Below, in pieces: positions 43,026 through 60,543 of a DNA stretch of 64,000 nucleotides. The stretch is from Eledone cirrhosa. Its lineage: Eukaryota. Both the position numbers and the translations under genes were made by a program. Each line of letters opens with the position of its first letter. The stretch's first letter is position 1. The DNA lies in contig OZ024756.1 of NCBI GenBank assembly GCA_964016885.1, positions 21,452,001 through 21,516,000 on the forward strand, read 5' to 3'. The notes under the pieces were generated by a model. That model saw nothing but the letters and a program-made list of their open reading frames with translations. It was not told where the DNA came from and ran no database searches.

Positions 43026-43989
43026 TTCATGTCCAATCCCATGTGTGAAGTGATCAAATGGACTTATATTTAAAGATGTTCAATTCCTGACCATCCAGTC
43101 TTTATTCAAACAACGTATATAAGACACTGTTATCCAACATTGCCCACGAGGTTTTAAACACAGCAAGGCATGATTTCATTGAGATTTGGTTGCTAGCTGA
43201 TAACCATGGCCTGCATTAAAGCCCTACATTGAACAGGTCATTAATTAACTAAGGTTATCGTTAGGGAATCCGTGATATAAAACCATGTGAGAACAGATGT
43301 CATCTAACGATGTATATATCACTACACACATCCAAAGACATAATTACATCTTCAAGAAGATGCCTCACATTTATTCAGTCTCAGTGAACACATGAGCACA
43401 GCCTTGGCGAGGAGGCGTTGATGGCATCAGACGGTGTCCAATGTTCATTGGATGTTTTGGCTCTTAATCGTACCACCCTCTCGCTGCTGGGTCAGCAGTG
43501 TTGGCCACATTACTGCCAATCTTCGGCTCCTGTCTCTAAGAATTATCTCCTCTTTTTTGTTCTTAAGCCAACCATATTTGTGTACGTGACTATACTAGAA
43601 ATAATTATTTTTATTACATTTGAGGAAAAAATCTCCTTTCTTATTCTCGAATTGGAATATTTAATTTAGATATCAACTTAAATTTTGTGGTTCTGATTTA
43701 TTTTTATTATGGATATATTACTTTCGCTAGAATGCAAACTGTTATTGAAATCGTGTAGATATTTTAGTCCCTGCTAAAGATGTAGAAATAACATCTGATA
43801 AGGATGTCAAAATAAGAAAAAAACAAGAACATTAATAAATGTTGACAAATTAGTGAAATGTATAAATATAGAAAGAAAATAAAATCAATTATTTATCAAC
43901 TTAACTTGTTGCTAAGGTATTAATAGCTGTGTGTGGAAGGTAGGAAGAAACCTGAAGAAGCTTTTTGAAGAAAATTGGGAGTGGAAATG

Positions 43990-44440
43990 ATGATGATGCT
44001 GGTAGTGTTATTGTTGCTGTTATTGTTGTTTTTTAACTGACAGTATTGGTGTTAATGGTGGTAATGACGATGGTGATGATGGTGGTGGTAGAAGTGTTAG
44101 TTATTTTTGTTGTTTTTTACTGACAGTATTGTTGTTGATGATGATGGTAATGGCGGTAGTAATATTATTGTTGTTGTTTCTTTACTGACCGTGTTGTTGT
44201 TGATGGTGGTGATGGTGATGATGGCGGCAGTAATAGTGTTATTGTTATTGTTGTTGTTTTTTTTTTACTGACAGTATTAGTGTTGATGGTGATGATGATG
44301 ATGATGGTGGCGGTAGTAGTAGTAGTGTTATTGTCATTCTTATTGTTTATTTTCTTTTACTGACAGTATTGTTGGTGTTGATGGTGGTAATGTTGACGAT
44401 GGTGTAGGTGCTGATAGTGTTGGTGGTATTGGCGTTGATG
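43990..44440. repeat. Degenerate 65-90-bp repeat built from (GAT/GGT/GTT)n around an anchor ttttactgacagtattg (5 copies)
   Basis: Anchor near 44034, 44116, 44181, 44265, 44356. Confidence 0.7.
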
Positions 44441-44706
44441 ATAGCAGAGCGGGACATTAAACACGAAAAGTAAAGTCATGAACAAATATAAGCAGCAACA
44501 ACAACAACAATAACATCATTATCACAACACGAACAAACAAGTAAACATATGACTGAAAAACATGTAAAAATAAAAAAAATTAAAGTTTTATATTATATAA
44601 AAAAACATAAAAGAAACTAACACATGATTATCTTTCGAGTGGAGATTGATAATCCTGTTTGTAAGTTGCTCATTAAATCTTCAAATTGTCATATACATCA
44701 TTAAAT

Positions 44707-45545
44707 AATTGTTTCTACTTTTGGCACAAGGCCAGCAAAATACCCAGTACATTACTGGTACTTTATTTTATCGACCCCGTAAGGATGAAAGGCAAAGTTA
44801 ACCTCGGCGGGATTTGAACTCAGATCGTAAAGGGACATAACTCTTTGCGTCACTTTTGGCACAAGGCCAGCAAAATATCCAGTACATTACTGGTACTTTA
44901 TTTTATCGACCCCGTAAGGATGAAAGGCAAAGTTAACCTCGGCGGGATTTGAACTCAGATCGTAAAGGGACATAACTCTTTGCGTCACTTTTGGCACAAG
45001 GCCAGCAAAATATCCAGTACATTACTGGTACTTTATTTTATCGACCCCGTAAGGATGAAAGGCAAAGTTAACCTCGGCGGGATTTGAACTCAGATCGTAA
45101 AGGGACATAACTCTTTGCGTCAAAGCATGGCGTCCGACGCTCTACTGATACTGCCACTGTTTTAAGCACGAGGCCAACAATTTTGGGAGATGGGAAAGTA
45201 GATTAAATCGACTTCAGTACAGTAATGGTACTTTATTTTATCGACACCGTAATGATGAAAGGCAAAGCTAACCTAGACAGAATTTGAACTCAGATCATAA
45301 AGGGGCGTAACTATATGCCATAAAGCATGTTGTCGGAGGTTTTACCGATACTACCAAATGATTTCTAACATAGACACACATCCAGCAATTTTGGATGAAG
45401 CGGAAAGTCGTTTAAATTGACCGCTAAACTAGGCTGGTTGCTTATTTTATCGACCCTAGAAGGATGAAAGTTAAAGTTGACTTCAGTGGAGAAGAAAAGC
45501 TGCAAAGCATTTTGTCCGATGCTCTAACGATTCTTCCAATCCATT
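44707..45545 (-). mobile_element. Family 1 SINE with its 135-bp body triplicated, followed by two older copies
   Basis: cttttggcacaaggccagc at 44718, 44853, 44988. Confidence 0.9.
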
Positions 45546-47292
45546 TCCCTATTAAACGTCACTAAATAATGTAGAAATCAAATATTCTTGGAAATAAAGT
45601 ATCAAATGTTAAACTCCTCGGTTACGAGATCAGATACGTTACCGCAAGGCACTTTTTTTAGACGTTTTTATGATTCTCTCAATCTACCGCCCTAATGAAA
45701 TGATGAGATCCCGTGACCCCGAAGGATTCGTAGCGGCGTTCTAGAGGCATGCAGCGTTTCTTGACCATTTTAAGCCTGCAGGCGCTCATCACCTCTCCAA
45801 GTCTGAACGCAGCCGATTTCTTCCAGAGAAGGATAGAGCGTGAGAGAAAGGAAGTGATAAAGAGATATAGAGGAAAAATTGACCTCGGCACTTGCTTCGT
45901 AATTTTTTTTTTATTCATCTTGAAAGGATGGAAGGCATAGTTGAACTGAGAGAGTAGAGAGCCTGAACGAACACTGCAAAGCATTCTATTCGATGTTCTA
46001 ACTAATATGCAAATTCACGGCTTTATACCACCCTCACATACATCATTAAATATTGCAGATGACAGATGTTCTTGAAAATAGGGTATCAAATGATAAACTC
46101 ATCGATTACGAGTTCAAATACATTAGTGGCATAGCTTTGCAAAAGATCATCACATCTCACATTGCTTCCATTCCTCGGTGTATCAGTCTGGTAGAGAGAA
46201 GATCAATATCGGAATATCTAGTCTTTAGATCACATTCAACTAGTCACTACTACGAGGGTTAGGATGAATGGGGAGCAGATTAACTTTTGAATATCCAAAG
46301 GATGGGGGTGGGGATTGGTAGAATTAGTAGAGTACCGGATATATTACCATTGCTTTATTTGTTCTTTGCGGGATCGATAAATAAAGCACTAGTAATGCAC
46401 TGGGGTCGATTTAATCGACTTTCACCTCCTCTTCAAATTCCTAGCCTTATGCCTAAAGTAGAAACAATTATATTATATGTTCTGGCTATTTAGATTATGA
46501 TTTCAAATCCTGACGTGGTAAACATTTCATTTTATTCTCTCTTGGGTCGATAAATTAAACTACCATTAAAGTATTGGGGTTGATTTCATCAAATTTACCC
46601 TTCTTCACAATCTGCTGAGCTATGTGCCTATATTTAGAAATTACTTTAGGATTATTCAGTTTTTAGGTTACTATCAACGAGAAAGTTCACGTATCTTCTC
46701 TATTCTGAAATACTACGTCCTGAGACCACAGTCTAGTTAATTAATTGACCTAGCTCTCTGTGTGAAAATACTAAAAGATTATTTGAGTATATCAAATTGC
46801 CAGGCACAGTCCAGCACTCAGTTCAACGTTAAGTTCGCCAAGATCAACAATATACTAGAGGGAATAGATACAAGCTTAAATATCCAGATGCTTCGTCTTC
46901 AACGACAAACCATCCATCATAGTGTTAATGAAAATCTGGTTTCGATAACATGTGTAGAGAAAGAGGGAGAAACTAGCGATAGAGAGAATGTAAGGAAGAA
47001 AGAGAAAGAGATAAAGCGGAGGATGGGGGGAAAGAAATGGAGAGTAAGAGAAAAGGGAAAGGGAGGAAAAGCTAGCGGTAGAGAGAGAGAAAGGGTAAGA
47101 GAAAATGGGAGAGAGAGAGAGAGAGAGATTTCCATTGGAAATAGAATATTGAAGAGCATTTTTCTTTCCATTTTTCTCTCTATAACGTCTTTTCCTCTCT
47201 TTTAATTCTTTCAAAAAACATTTTGTAGATAAATTATATAACAAAATATCCCTTAAAATAATTATATTCTACAATCGTTCGATACTGTGTGT

Positions 47293-47432
<140 letters not shown>

Positions 47433-47859
47433 TGTATGAATCATGTGTGTACATGCGAGTTTTTTGTGGGTGTATAAATGTGTGTGTGTGCACACACACA
47501 CACATGTATGTATAACATGTGTATGTGTGGGATTATGTTTAAATGTGTAAGTGCATGTTTTTGAATGTGTCTGTGTATATATGTGTGTGTGAGAGAGAGA
47601 GTGCATGTGTTTTAAAATGTGTATATGTATGTGTGTATATGTGTGAGAGAGAGTGCATGTTTTTGTATGTATATATGTATATGTGTGTGAGAGAGAGTGT
47701 TTTTGAATGTGTGTATGTGCATATATATATATATATATGTATGTTTGTGAGAGACCATGTGTGTGTATGTGTAACTGCATATGTTTTTGAATGTGTTTGT
47801 ATGTACACCCGTGTGTATGTATGTGTGTGTGTAAGTGCATGTGTTTTTCAATGTATGTA

Positions 47860-47897
<38 letters not shown>

Positions 47898-47908
47898 TGT
47901 GAGAGCAT

Positions 47909-48018
47909 GTGGGTGAGTGTGTGTATTGGGAAGTGGGTGAGTGCGTGTATTGGGAAGTGGGTGAGTGTGTCTATTGGGAAGTGGGTGAGTGTGTGTATTG
48001 GGAAGTGGGTGAGTGTGT
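47909..48018. repeat. 24-bp minisatellite gtgggtgagtgtgtgtattgggaa (~4.5 copies)
   Basis: Direct inspection. Confidence 0.9.
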
Positions 48019-48454
48019 GCGCACTATATATGTGTGAATTTGGGAATAGCTGAGCGATCAAGAATCATGCTTAGCTCTCATGTATTCTCTGAATCGATGA
48101 AACATGGTGGCAAATTGAACACGCCTTGGATCAATCAGTTTGACCCGAGTTCTGTTAGTGAAATTAGGTAAATGTGTTGAAGACAGTCAGAAGGACTGAA
48201 TCAGTAGCCCAACAGGCTAACCTTCTCACACATTGAGTTATTCCAATCCTACATGGATTTCTTTTTTTGTAGAGTACTCGTGTCTGTGAAATTGAGAACC
48301 ACTGGCACGCTAACTCAATATATATCTCCTTTATTTTGAAACGATGGGTATCAATTTACATTAACACACACACATATACACATATGTTTATGTATATATG
48401 TATATGTATATATGTATGTGTATATGTATATAAGTATATATGTATGTGTATATG

Positions 48455-48485
<31 letters not shown>

Positions 48486-48954
48486 ATGTATGTATATATG
48501 TCTGTATATATATATATGTAAATATATATAGGCTAATTGGAATCGTTAGAATAACGGATCGAATTCTTTGTGGTATTCAAATATCACCGAGGTCAACTTT
48601 GATTTTAATCCTTTCGAGGTCTGTAAAAAGATAGTACCAGTTTAGTATAGGGGCCGATTCTTCCTTTGTCTCTTTCTCACTTCCTTTCTCTCTTTCTCAC
48701 TTCCTCTTGAAGAAATCTGTTGGGTTCAGATTTCTTCAAGAGAGAAATGGGCTCCGCCAGGCTTAAGATGCCCAATAAATGCCGTATGTCACTTCAGCGC
48801 TTCTACGACTGCACGAGGAGTTAAGGGACCATACTATATATATATGTGTTATCTCCCTCACATCGATCTATTGTGGGTTTACCTCCCCCGGGAGAAGTTT
48901 CTGCACATACGTATTCGTACAGTTGTTTTTCCTTTTCTGTACAAATTCATTTAG

Positions 48955-48997
48955 ACCGAGCTGATGATCCGAATAAGGTGAAACAATTGTTCTCGGT
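48955..48997 (+). ncRNA. Compact type-I hammerhead in a TA-flanked insert (~48845-49020)
   Basis: accgag-CTGATGA(48961)-t-cc-gaataa-gg-t-GAAA(48980)-caattg-TT-ctcggt; perfect 6-bp stem I, palindromic helix III. Confidence 0.8.
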
Positions 48998-49095
48998 ATG
49001 GTGAACTAACTGTTGTAGAACTATATATATATATATATATATGTATATATAAACGATATTAATAAATGGAAAATACCATTTATAATACCGTATTT

Positions 49096-49153
49096 ATTTT
49101 ATTATACGTATTTCAAGGACACAAAGATTTTGTGTGATTTCATCAGATAAAAT
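49096..49153 (-). ncRNA. Type-I hammerhead ribozyme (family F)
   Basis: Reverse complement: attttat-CTGATGA-aatcacacaaa-atc-tttgtgtcctt-GAAA-tacgta-TA-ataaaat. Confidence 0.82.
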
Positions 49154-49194
49154 ATAATATTTGGTGTTCAGATTTTGACATACCTTAGCATAGT

Positions 49195-49297
<103 letters not shown>

Positions 49298-49593
49298 TTT
49301 ACATGTGTGAGTGTGGAGTCGTTGAGACGCTGTTGTGATAAACGATGCGCCTTTGGCATTTAAACCTGGTAGAACTCATAACTCTCCAGGTCTGAACACA
49401 CCCTTGTTCTTCCAGCAGTAGGTGGAGAGCAATTAAGAGTTACAGAGGAAGAATCGACCGCAGTATTGGTCTGGTACATACATTTATCGACTTAGAAATG
49501 ATGAAGGTTTAAGTTGACCTCATCTAGATTTGAACTCAGAGTGCAAAACATTTTATCCGGGATTCTAACGATTTTCTCAATTCACCGCTTATC

Positions 49594-53275
<3,682 letters not shown>

Positions 53276-53549
53276 TGTCTAATATTCCTATCTCATAATT
53301 CTTAAGTGGACTCGAATATGAAATGGGTCGAAATAGATAGCTGTTGAGATGAAGAGATGTGTAAAATGTACAACATTTTCTCTAGTAATTATGGAACATT
53401 ACTTTCCAGATGATTACTACAATATCATCTATTACCTAAACTTCAAACAACTATTCCGCCTGTTGTCGGCTTTCCTTTCTTCATATAACAACTAGCATTT
53501 GACAATGTATAATAGCTTTCGAACAACAAGGCGGATATTCACGATAGCG

Positions 53550-54540
53550 TTACTGCTGCTACTACTGCTGCTGCTACTACTAGTACTACTACTACTAGTA
53601 CTACTACTATAATTAGTACTACTATAATTAGTACTATTATAATTAGTACTACTATAATTAGTACTATTATAATTAGTACTACTATAACTAGTACTACTAT
53701 AACTAGTACTACTATAACTAGTACTACTATAACTAGTACTACTATAACTAATACCACAATAACTAGTACTGCTATAACTAGTACTACTATAACTAGTACT
53801 ATAACTAGTACTACTATAACTAGTACTACTATAACTAGTACTACTATAACTAGTACTACTATAACTAGTACTATAACTAGTACTACTATAACTAGTACTA
53901 CTATAACTAGTACTACTATAACTAGTACTACTATAACTAGTACTACTATAACTAGTACTACTATAACTAGTACTACTATAACTAGTACCACAATAACTAG
54001 TACCACAATAACTAGTACTACTATAACTAGTACTACTATAACTAGTACTACTATAACTAGTACTACTATAACTAGTACTACTATAACTAGTACTACTATA
54101 ACCTAGTACTGCTATAACTAGTACTGCTATAACTAGTACTACTATAACTAGTACTGCTATAACTAGTACTGCTATAACTAGTACTGCTATAACTAGTACT
54201 ACTATAACTAGTACTACTATAACTAGTACTACTATAACTAGTACTACTATAACTAGTACTACTATAACTAGTACTACTATAACTAGTACTACTATAACTA
54301 GTACTACTATAACTAGTACCGCTATAACTAGTACTGCTATAACTAGTACTCATACAACTAGTACTCATATAACCAGTACTACTATAGCTAGTACTGCTAG
54401 TAGTAGTACTACGAGTAGTAGTACTACTATTACTATTGCTACTAGTACTACTGCTACGACTGCTGCTGCTACTATTGCTGCTATTACTACTATTACTAGT
54501 ACTACTGCTGTTGCTACTGTTACTACTACTACTGTTGCTA
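53550..54540. repeat. 15-bp minisatellite (taactagtactacta)n grading into (TAC/TGC)n
   Basis: Dozens of near-identical units at ~53600-54400. Confidence 0.95.
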
Positions 54541-54547
54541 CGCATAA

Positions 54548-54685
54548 TCATCGGGTGGTCTCAGCCGAAATGGACTCAACGATTGATCTCCACGTGGGTC
54601 TGTCGTTCATTGTCATTGCCAAGTCCTGGATTTCAATACCAGACTCTCCGGAGATGACATCAGGGTAGGAGAGCTTATTAGTGAC
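54548..54685 (-). mobile_element. 3'-terminal fragment of an RTE-type LINE
   Basis: LSYPDVISGESGIEIQDLAMTMNDRPTWRSIV...stop; M.DR..WR is the RTE C-terminal motif. Confidence 0.75.
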
Positions 54686-54749
54686 TGCTTGTAGTTTCCA
54701 AACCACTACTACTACTACTACTATTATCAATATGTGTAGGAGTAGTAAT

Positions 54750-56115
54750 GAATGGTTTCTGATGTAGGTACATGGCTAAACATTTTTTTTAGGGGAGGGG
54801 AAGGGGTAGGACGGAAAGTCGATTAAATCGAACCCAGTTCATTACTGTTGTTTTATTGGAAAAAAGGCAAAGTTAAGCTTGGCAAGATTTGAACCGGGAA
54901 CGTAAAGGGTATAACTCTATGCGGCAAATCATGTTGTCTGATGCTCTACCAATCTACCAACCTTAATTCGTTACTGGTACTTTATTTTATCGACCCCGTA
55001 AGGATTATAGGGAAAGTTAAGCTCAGTAAGATGTGATCCCACCATGTAAAGTAAGGGTGAAAGACAAGGTTAACCTCGACAAGATGTGAACTCAGAACGT
55101 AAAAGGGGCATAACTCTATAACGCAAAGCATGTTGTCCGATGCTCTACCAGTCCAACACACGTAATAATAATTTCTGATTTAGGCAAAAAGCCAACCATT
55201 TTGGGGGAGGGGAAAGTCGATTAAATTGACCTCAATGCGTTACTAGTACATTATTTTATCGACATCCGAAAGGGAAAGCTAACCTCGACGGGATTTGAAG
55301 TTAAAACTTCGTAGTAGTTTCTATTACTTTTGCTGTCTTATTTTGTCCGGACTCATTTGTGTTGTTAGTATTATTATTGTTGTTGTTGCTGCTATGGTGA
55401 GAGGTAACCATAGTTTCAGTGTTTGTTTTGCTGATATCTATATTTATCTGCGGACATTGAACCAGGTAAGTGAATCACGTTTGTAATAATAATTGTTTCT
55501 ACTTTAGGCACAAGGCCAGCAATTATCCCAGTACACTACTAGTGCTTTATTTTATCGACCCCATAAGGATGAAAGGCAAAGTTAACCTCGTCGGGATTTG
55601 AACTCAGATCATAAAGGGCCGTAACTCTATGCTGCAAATCATGGTGCCCGACTCTCTATCGATACTGCCAATCCATCGTAATCATAATTGTTTCTACTTT
55701 AGGCACAAAGCCAGCAATTACCCCACTTCATTACTGGTACTTTATTTTATCGACCCTGTAAGGATGAAAGGCAAAGTTAACCTCGGCGGGATTTGAACTC
55801 GGACCATAAAGAGCCGTAACTCTATGCTGCAAATCATGGTGTCCGACTCTCTACCGATACTGCCAATCCACCTCCCCCTGGTAGCCAATAATAATGATTT
55901 CTACTATAGGCACAGGGCCGAAAATTTGGGTGAGGGGAGGGGACGAAAGTCGATTAAATCGATCCCACCATGCATTACTGGTACGTTATTTTATTTACTC
56001 CGTAATGATGAACGGTAAAGCTAACTTCGGCGGGACTTGAACTCATAACGTAAAGGGCCGTAGCTATGTGCCACAAAGCATGTTCTCCGACGCTCTCCCG
56101 ATACTCCCATTCTAC
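54750..56115 (-). mobile_element. Cluster of about six same-orientation family 1 SINE copies or fragments
   Basis: Near-complete copies at ~55490-55675 and ~55686-55871, plus diverged neighbours. Confidence 0.85.
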
Positions 56116-56234
56116 CGACATTATGAAAAATATTAATAATGTTGATGATAATATAAAAAGCGTACCACGACATATTACGGTGATATGCAATTTGTTCAAG
56201 ATATTCCGTACGGCTATTATTTATTTTATAGATA

Positions 56235-56686
56235 GGCGGTGGATTGGCAGTATCGGTAGAGGGTCGGATGTCATGCTTTGGCGCATAGAGTTACGGCCCT
56301 TGCGGTGGATTGGCAGTATTGGTAGAGTGTCGGATGCCATGCTTTGGCGCATAGAGTTACGGCCCTTGCGGTGGATTGGCAGTATTGGTAGAGTGTCGGA
56401 TGCCATGCTTTGGCGCATAGAGTTACGGCCCTTGCGGTGGATTGGCAGTATTGGTAGTGTCGGATGCCATGCTTTGGCGCATAGAGTTACGGCCCTTGCG
56501 GTGGATTGGCAGTATTGGTAGAGTGTCGGATGCCATGCTTTGGCGCATAGAGTTACGGCCCTTGCCATTCTGAGTTCAAATCCCGCCGAGGTTAACTTTG
56601 CCTTTCATCCTTACGGGGTCGATAAAATAAAGTACCAGTAATACACTGGGTATTTTGCTGGCCTTGTGCCTAAAGTAGAAACAATT
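56235..56686 (+). mobile_element. Family 1 SINE with a five-fold 66-bp head repeat and ~19-bp TSD
   Basis: gcggtggattggcagta repeated with period 66; attatttattttata(g/a)ata at 56216-56234 and 56684-56702. Confidence 0.92.
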
Positions 56687-57212
56687 ATTTATTTTATAAA
56701 TACAATATATCAAGCAGGCCCAGCAATAGCAGAGCGTTACTTCTAGATTCACTGAGCTGAACTGTAACACTAGAAAACCAAGTTGTATGAATTAATATTG
56801 GATTGCCGAAAATATGTAGCTCACTTGAAAACTGCTTTTGTTTCAGAGATACAAGGAATAGGTCAAGTGTTGCCTTAAGAGCAATGAGTGTGGTTCGACT
56901 ATAAGGTTTATGAAATGAATCAAGTGAGCACAAGCGCACACACACACACAAGCACACACACACACAAGCACACACACACACACGCACACAAACAAGCGCG
57001 CGCACAGACAGACACACACACACAAGCGCGCGCTCGCACACGCACACACACACGCACACACCTGTTTAAACAGTGGGTTGGGTTGTAGGGAACAAAGACA
57101 ATGGAAAAACGGACAGAACCATCTCCTCAGTCAGCCTGTCGAAATCATTAGTTTCAGAAAAATTATTTTTGAATCTCTTCATTCCAGTGTACATTGGGAC
57201 CTAACATAACAA

Positions 57213-57235
<23 letters not shown>

Positions 57236-57246
<11 letters not shown>

Positions 57247-57430
57247 AAAGGCTTCTACAGGACTAGAACTGTTTGATTCGGGAGAAATCATCAGAAAGCC
57301 TGATGATTTCTCCAGAATGAAACAGTTCTAGCCCTGTAGAAGCCTTTTCTATATTAAATATTTATGCTCCGTTTTATATTGAGTACTTTACTTACTGTGG
57401 TTACCCCCGATTGAACCCGGGATAAACTTA
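57236..57430. mobile_element. Family B fold-back with two hammerhead cores back to back
   Basis: ...aaatcatcag-aaagc-ctgatgattt...; plus core intact (57300) but lacks the 5' strand of stem I; minus core has stem I (ggcttt/gaagcc) but GAAA is CAAA. Confidence 0.85.
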
Positions 57431-57442
57431 TATATATATATA

Positions 57443-57520
57443 GCCGGGGAGTGTAACGTGAAGTTACAGATCGAACCTTGTGCTGATCAATAGCGAAACG
57501 CGCGTCACCAATCAATCATA
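57443..57520. mobile_element. Family D element: inverted tail plus hammerhead 3' half
   Basis: tgtaacgtgaagttac matches the reverse complement of gtaacttcgcgttaca (~25826); atcgaaccttg..tcaatagcgaaacgcgcgtcacc. Confidence 0.75.
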
Positions 57521-57606
57521 ATATAATAAAGGGAGGAGTGTCGGACTGCGTCCTGAATATATATTTTTATTCCGTTAGTAAAATAAGTTAGATTACTTTG
57601 AATAAA

Positions 57607-57792
57607 TAATTGTTTCTACCTATGGCACAGGACCAGCAATAACCCAGTTCATTACTGGTACTTTATTTTACCGACCTCGTAAGGATGAAAGGCAAAGTTA
57701 ACCTCGGCGTGATTTGAACTTAAATTATAAAGGGCCCTAACTCTATGCTGCAAAGCATGGTGTATGACTCTCTACCGATACTGCCAATCCCC
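57607..57792 (-). mobile_element. Family 1 SINE (another 3' fragment at 58279-58370)
   Basis: aattgtttctac...ttttattttaccgacctcgtaaggatgaaaggc...ctaccgatactgccaatcc. Confidence 0.88.
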
Positions 57793-58666
57793 ATAATGAA
57801 TGAATATTACATAATCTATGTACTAAATTTCGTAGCTGTTGGTTAAAAATAAATATTCTGATTGCTTATTTTCAGATTCACTTCTTTTAAAATTTTCAAA
57901 TGTCAACACTCCCGGTTAGCGTCCGTTATATTATAACACTTATTACATCGCTTATGTAAACGTTCATATATTTGCATCGTTATATAAGGTTTATATTTCT
58001 GTCGCTAATTTTCTTCTTTTTCATTTTCATAACATTTTGACGTAATGCAGTTTATATATAATATCGTCTTTTTTTAAAATGTATCATGGATTACTTTACT
58101 GATTAGAGAAGAGAGTGTAACACAGTCTCTCTTCAATTTCTGTGCATATTATCAATTACGATTTTATTTGATGTGTCATATCTACACGCATATATATATT
58201 TGCGTATAATATCAATATGCACACTACACATGATAGTAGAAAACCACCCAAAGTGTGGTTTTTCTGCTAGTAAATATAATTATTTCTACGTTAGGCACAA
58301 GGCCAGCAATTACCCAGTGCATTACTGGTACTTTATTTTATCGACCCCGTAAGGATGAAAGGCAAAGTTGAAGGCTTAACAAATCGTCCTTGTGTTATAA
58401 TATATTTATATAATGTGTGTGTGTCTCTTTTAGGAAAAGCTGTTACATTTAATTCAAGGGACATAAATAATAGCTAATATATTTAATAATTTTTTATATT
58501 TCTTCATGAATTTTACACAAGGACAGCACAATTTACGACGTTACATTTTATTCAATATCGTACATAAAAAAATAGGAAAAATCACATTAAATCATCCAAT
58601 TATTGAAGTTTTCGTATAATTAAACACACACACACACACACACACGCACAAGCGCGCACACACACA

Positions 58667-58870
58667 CGTGTGGCTGAGTGGTTAGAGAATTGGATTCACA
58701 ATCTTGAGGTTGTGAGTTCGATTCCTCGACCGGGCGATGCGTTATGTCCTTGAGCACTTTATTTCACGTTACCCCTTCTACCTGGAGTTGCGACCGATAG
58801 ATAGTAGTAGCAACTGGAAAGACCAACGGAAACATTGTTTCCTCGGCCCGATTTGAGCAAAGTCGATCGA
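58667..58870 (+). mobile_element. tRNA-derived SINE family 2
   Basis: A box tggctgagtgg, B box gagttcgattcc, then tgtccttgagc. Confidence 0.87.
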
Positions 58871-58977
58871 TATATATATATATATATATATAATAGAAAA
58901 AAAATGGGGACGTTTCGTTTAAATATGAAAAATATTTATCACAAACCACAATAAAAAAAAATATCTTTTGTCGCATC

Positions 58978-59069
58978 ACCGGTCTGAGGAGCAGCTCGAT
59001 ACTGCAGTCGGGTCCATAACTCCTATGGGTTACCTTGAGCCAAAATTCTGCGAAACGCGCGTAACAGGT
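58978..59069 (+). ncRNA. Type-I hammerhead (CUGAGGA) with a large stem II insert, TA-flanked
   Basis: accggt-CTGAGGA(58984)-gcag...ctgc-GAAA(59052)-cgcgcg-TA-acaggt. Confidence 0.78.
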
Positions 59070-59121
59070 CGATAAATATATATATATATATACACATATA
59101 CACCCACACATATATTTTTAT

Positions 59122-59240
<119 letters not shown>

Positions 59241-59267
59241 TATACACATATACACATATACACATAT

Positions 59268-59672
<405 letters not shown>

Positions 59673-60543
59673 ACGCGAAACAAAGAAGAGGAATACGAAA
59701 GTTTATCTAATGACAGAAACCGTGTAGAAAATAAAATACCACAATTTATCTTAAAATAAAAATTGACGTCTCAAACAAAAATATATTCTCTTTGGTTGCA
59801 GCCTCCGCAGCACAGGTGTCGGCGGCACCGGAATAAAATGTGGCGTTGTTAGGAAGACCAAGCAATATGAAAAGTAGAACCTAAAAGAGCAGGCAGAACA
59901 ACGATAACATTGACATACAATAGAATTAAATATATTTATGTACACACAGAGAGACAGACAGAGAGACAGAGAGACACAGACAGACACGTGTTTATATAAT
60001 CCCATGGTTAATAGCTGTGAGTAACAAACAACACATGCACATAAATACGAACTACAACACAAAAACACTTAAATGAAAATCACATACCGAACTCTATCTA
60101 GTGCTTTACATTACACCTTACATAAAAAAATACCTACATTATCACCACACGCCTCTCTAAGAAATTGCACACTATTTTAAATATTTATAATAATTATAAC
60201 ATGCTTAAACACCCCACACAAAATATGTTTATTTCAACTGCATTATAACTCTTTCCTCATACATGCCTTATTGACTGTATTGACTCCTGTATTGTACACC
60301 AATTGTCCTTGCTTATAACTTCTTTCCCTGTGATTTTTTTCTTGTGCTTTTTACTTTTACTTATACCTAATACACTTACCTATTACACTTCCAACCAGTG
60401 CTGCCTGTAATTGTGTTATTTCAAGCGGAACATCTTTTTAACTCCCGAATCTCCACATGATGCTTTTGACACTAATAACAACTATGTACCCTAAATGTTC
60501 TAAATGACTAGGATTTTAGTTATACGTTTTCGACATTCCTTAT

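Noticed and set aside
58667-58735. tRNA gene
   Set aside because: A and B boxes are present, but there is no full cloverleaf and the sequence continues into a SINE body with dispersed copies.
60060-60240. Possible PLE linker-region peptide upstream of the variant hammerhead
   Set aside because: The resemblance is too weak in AT-rich sequence to support.
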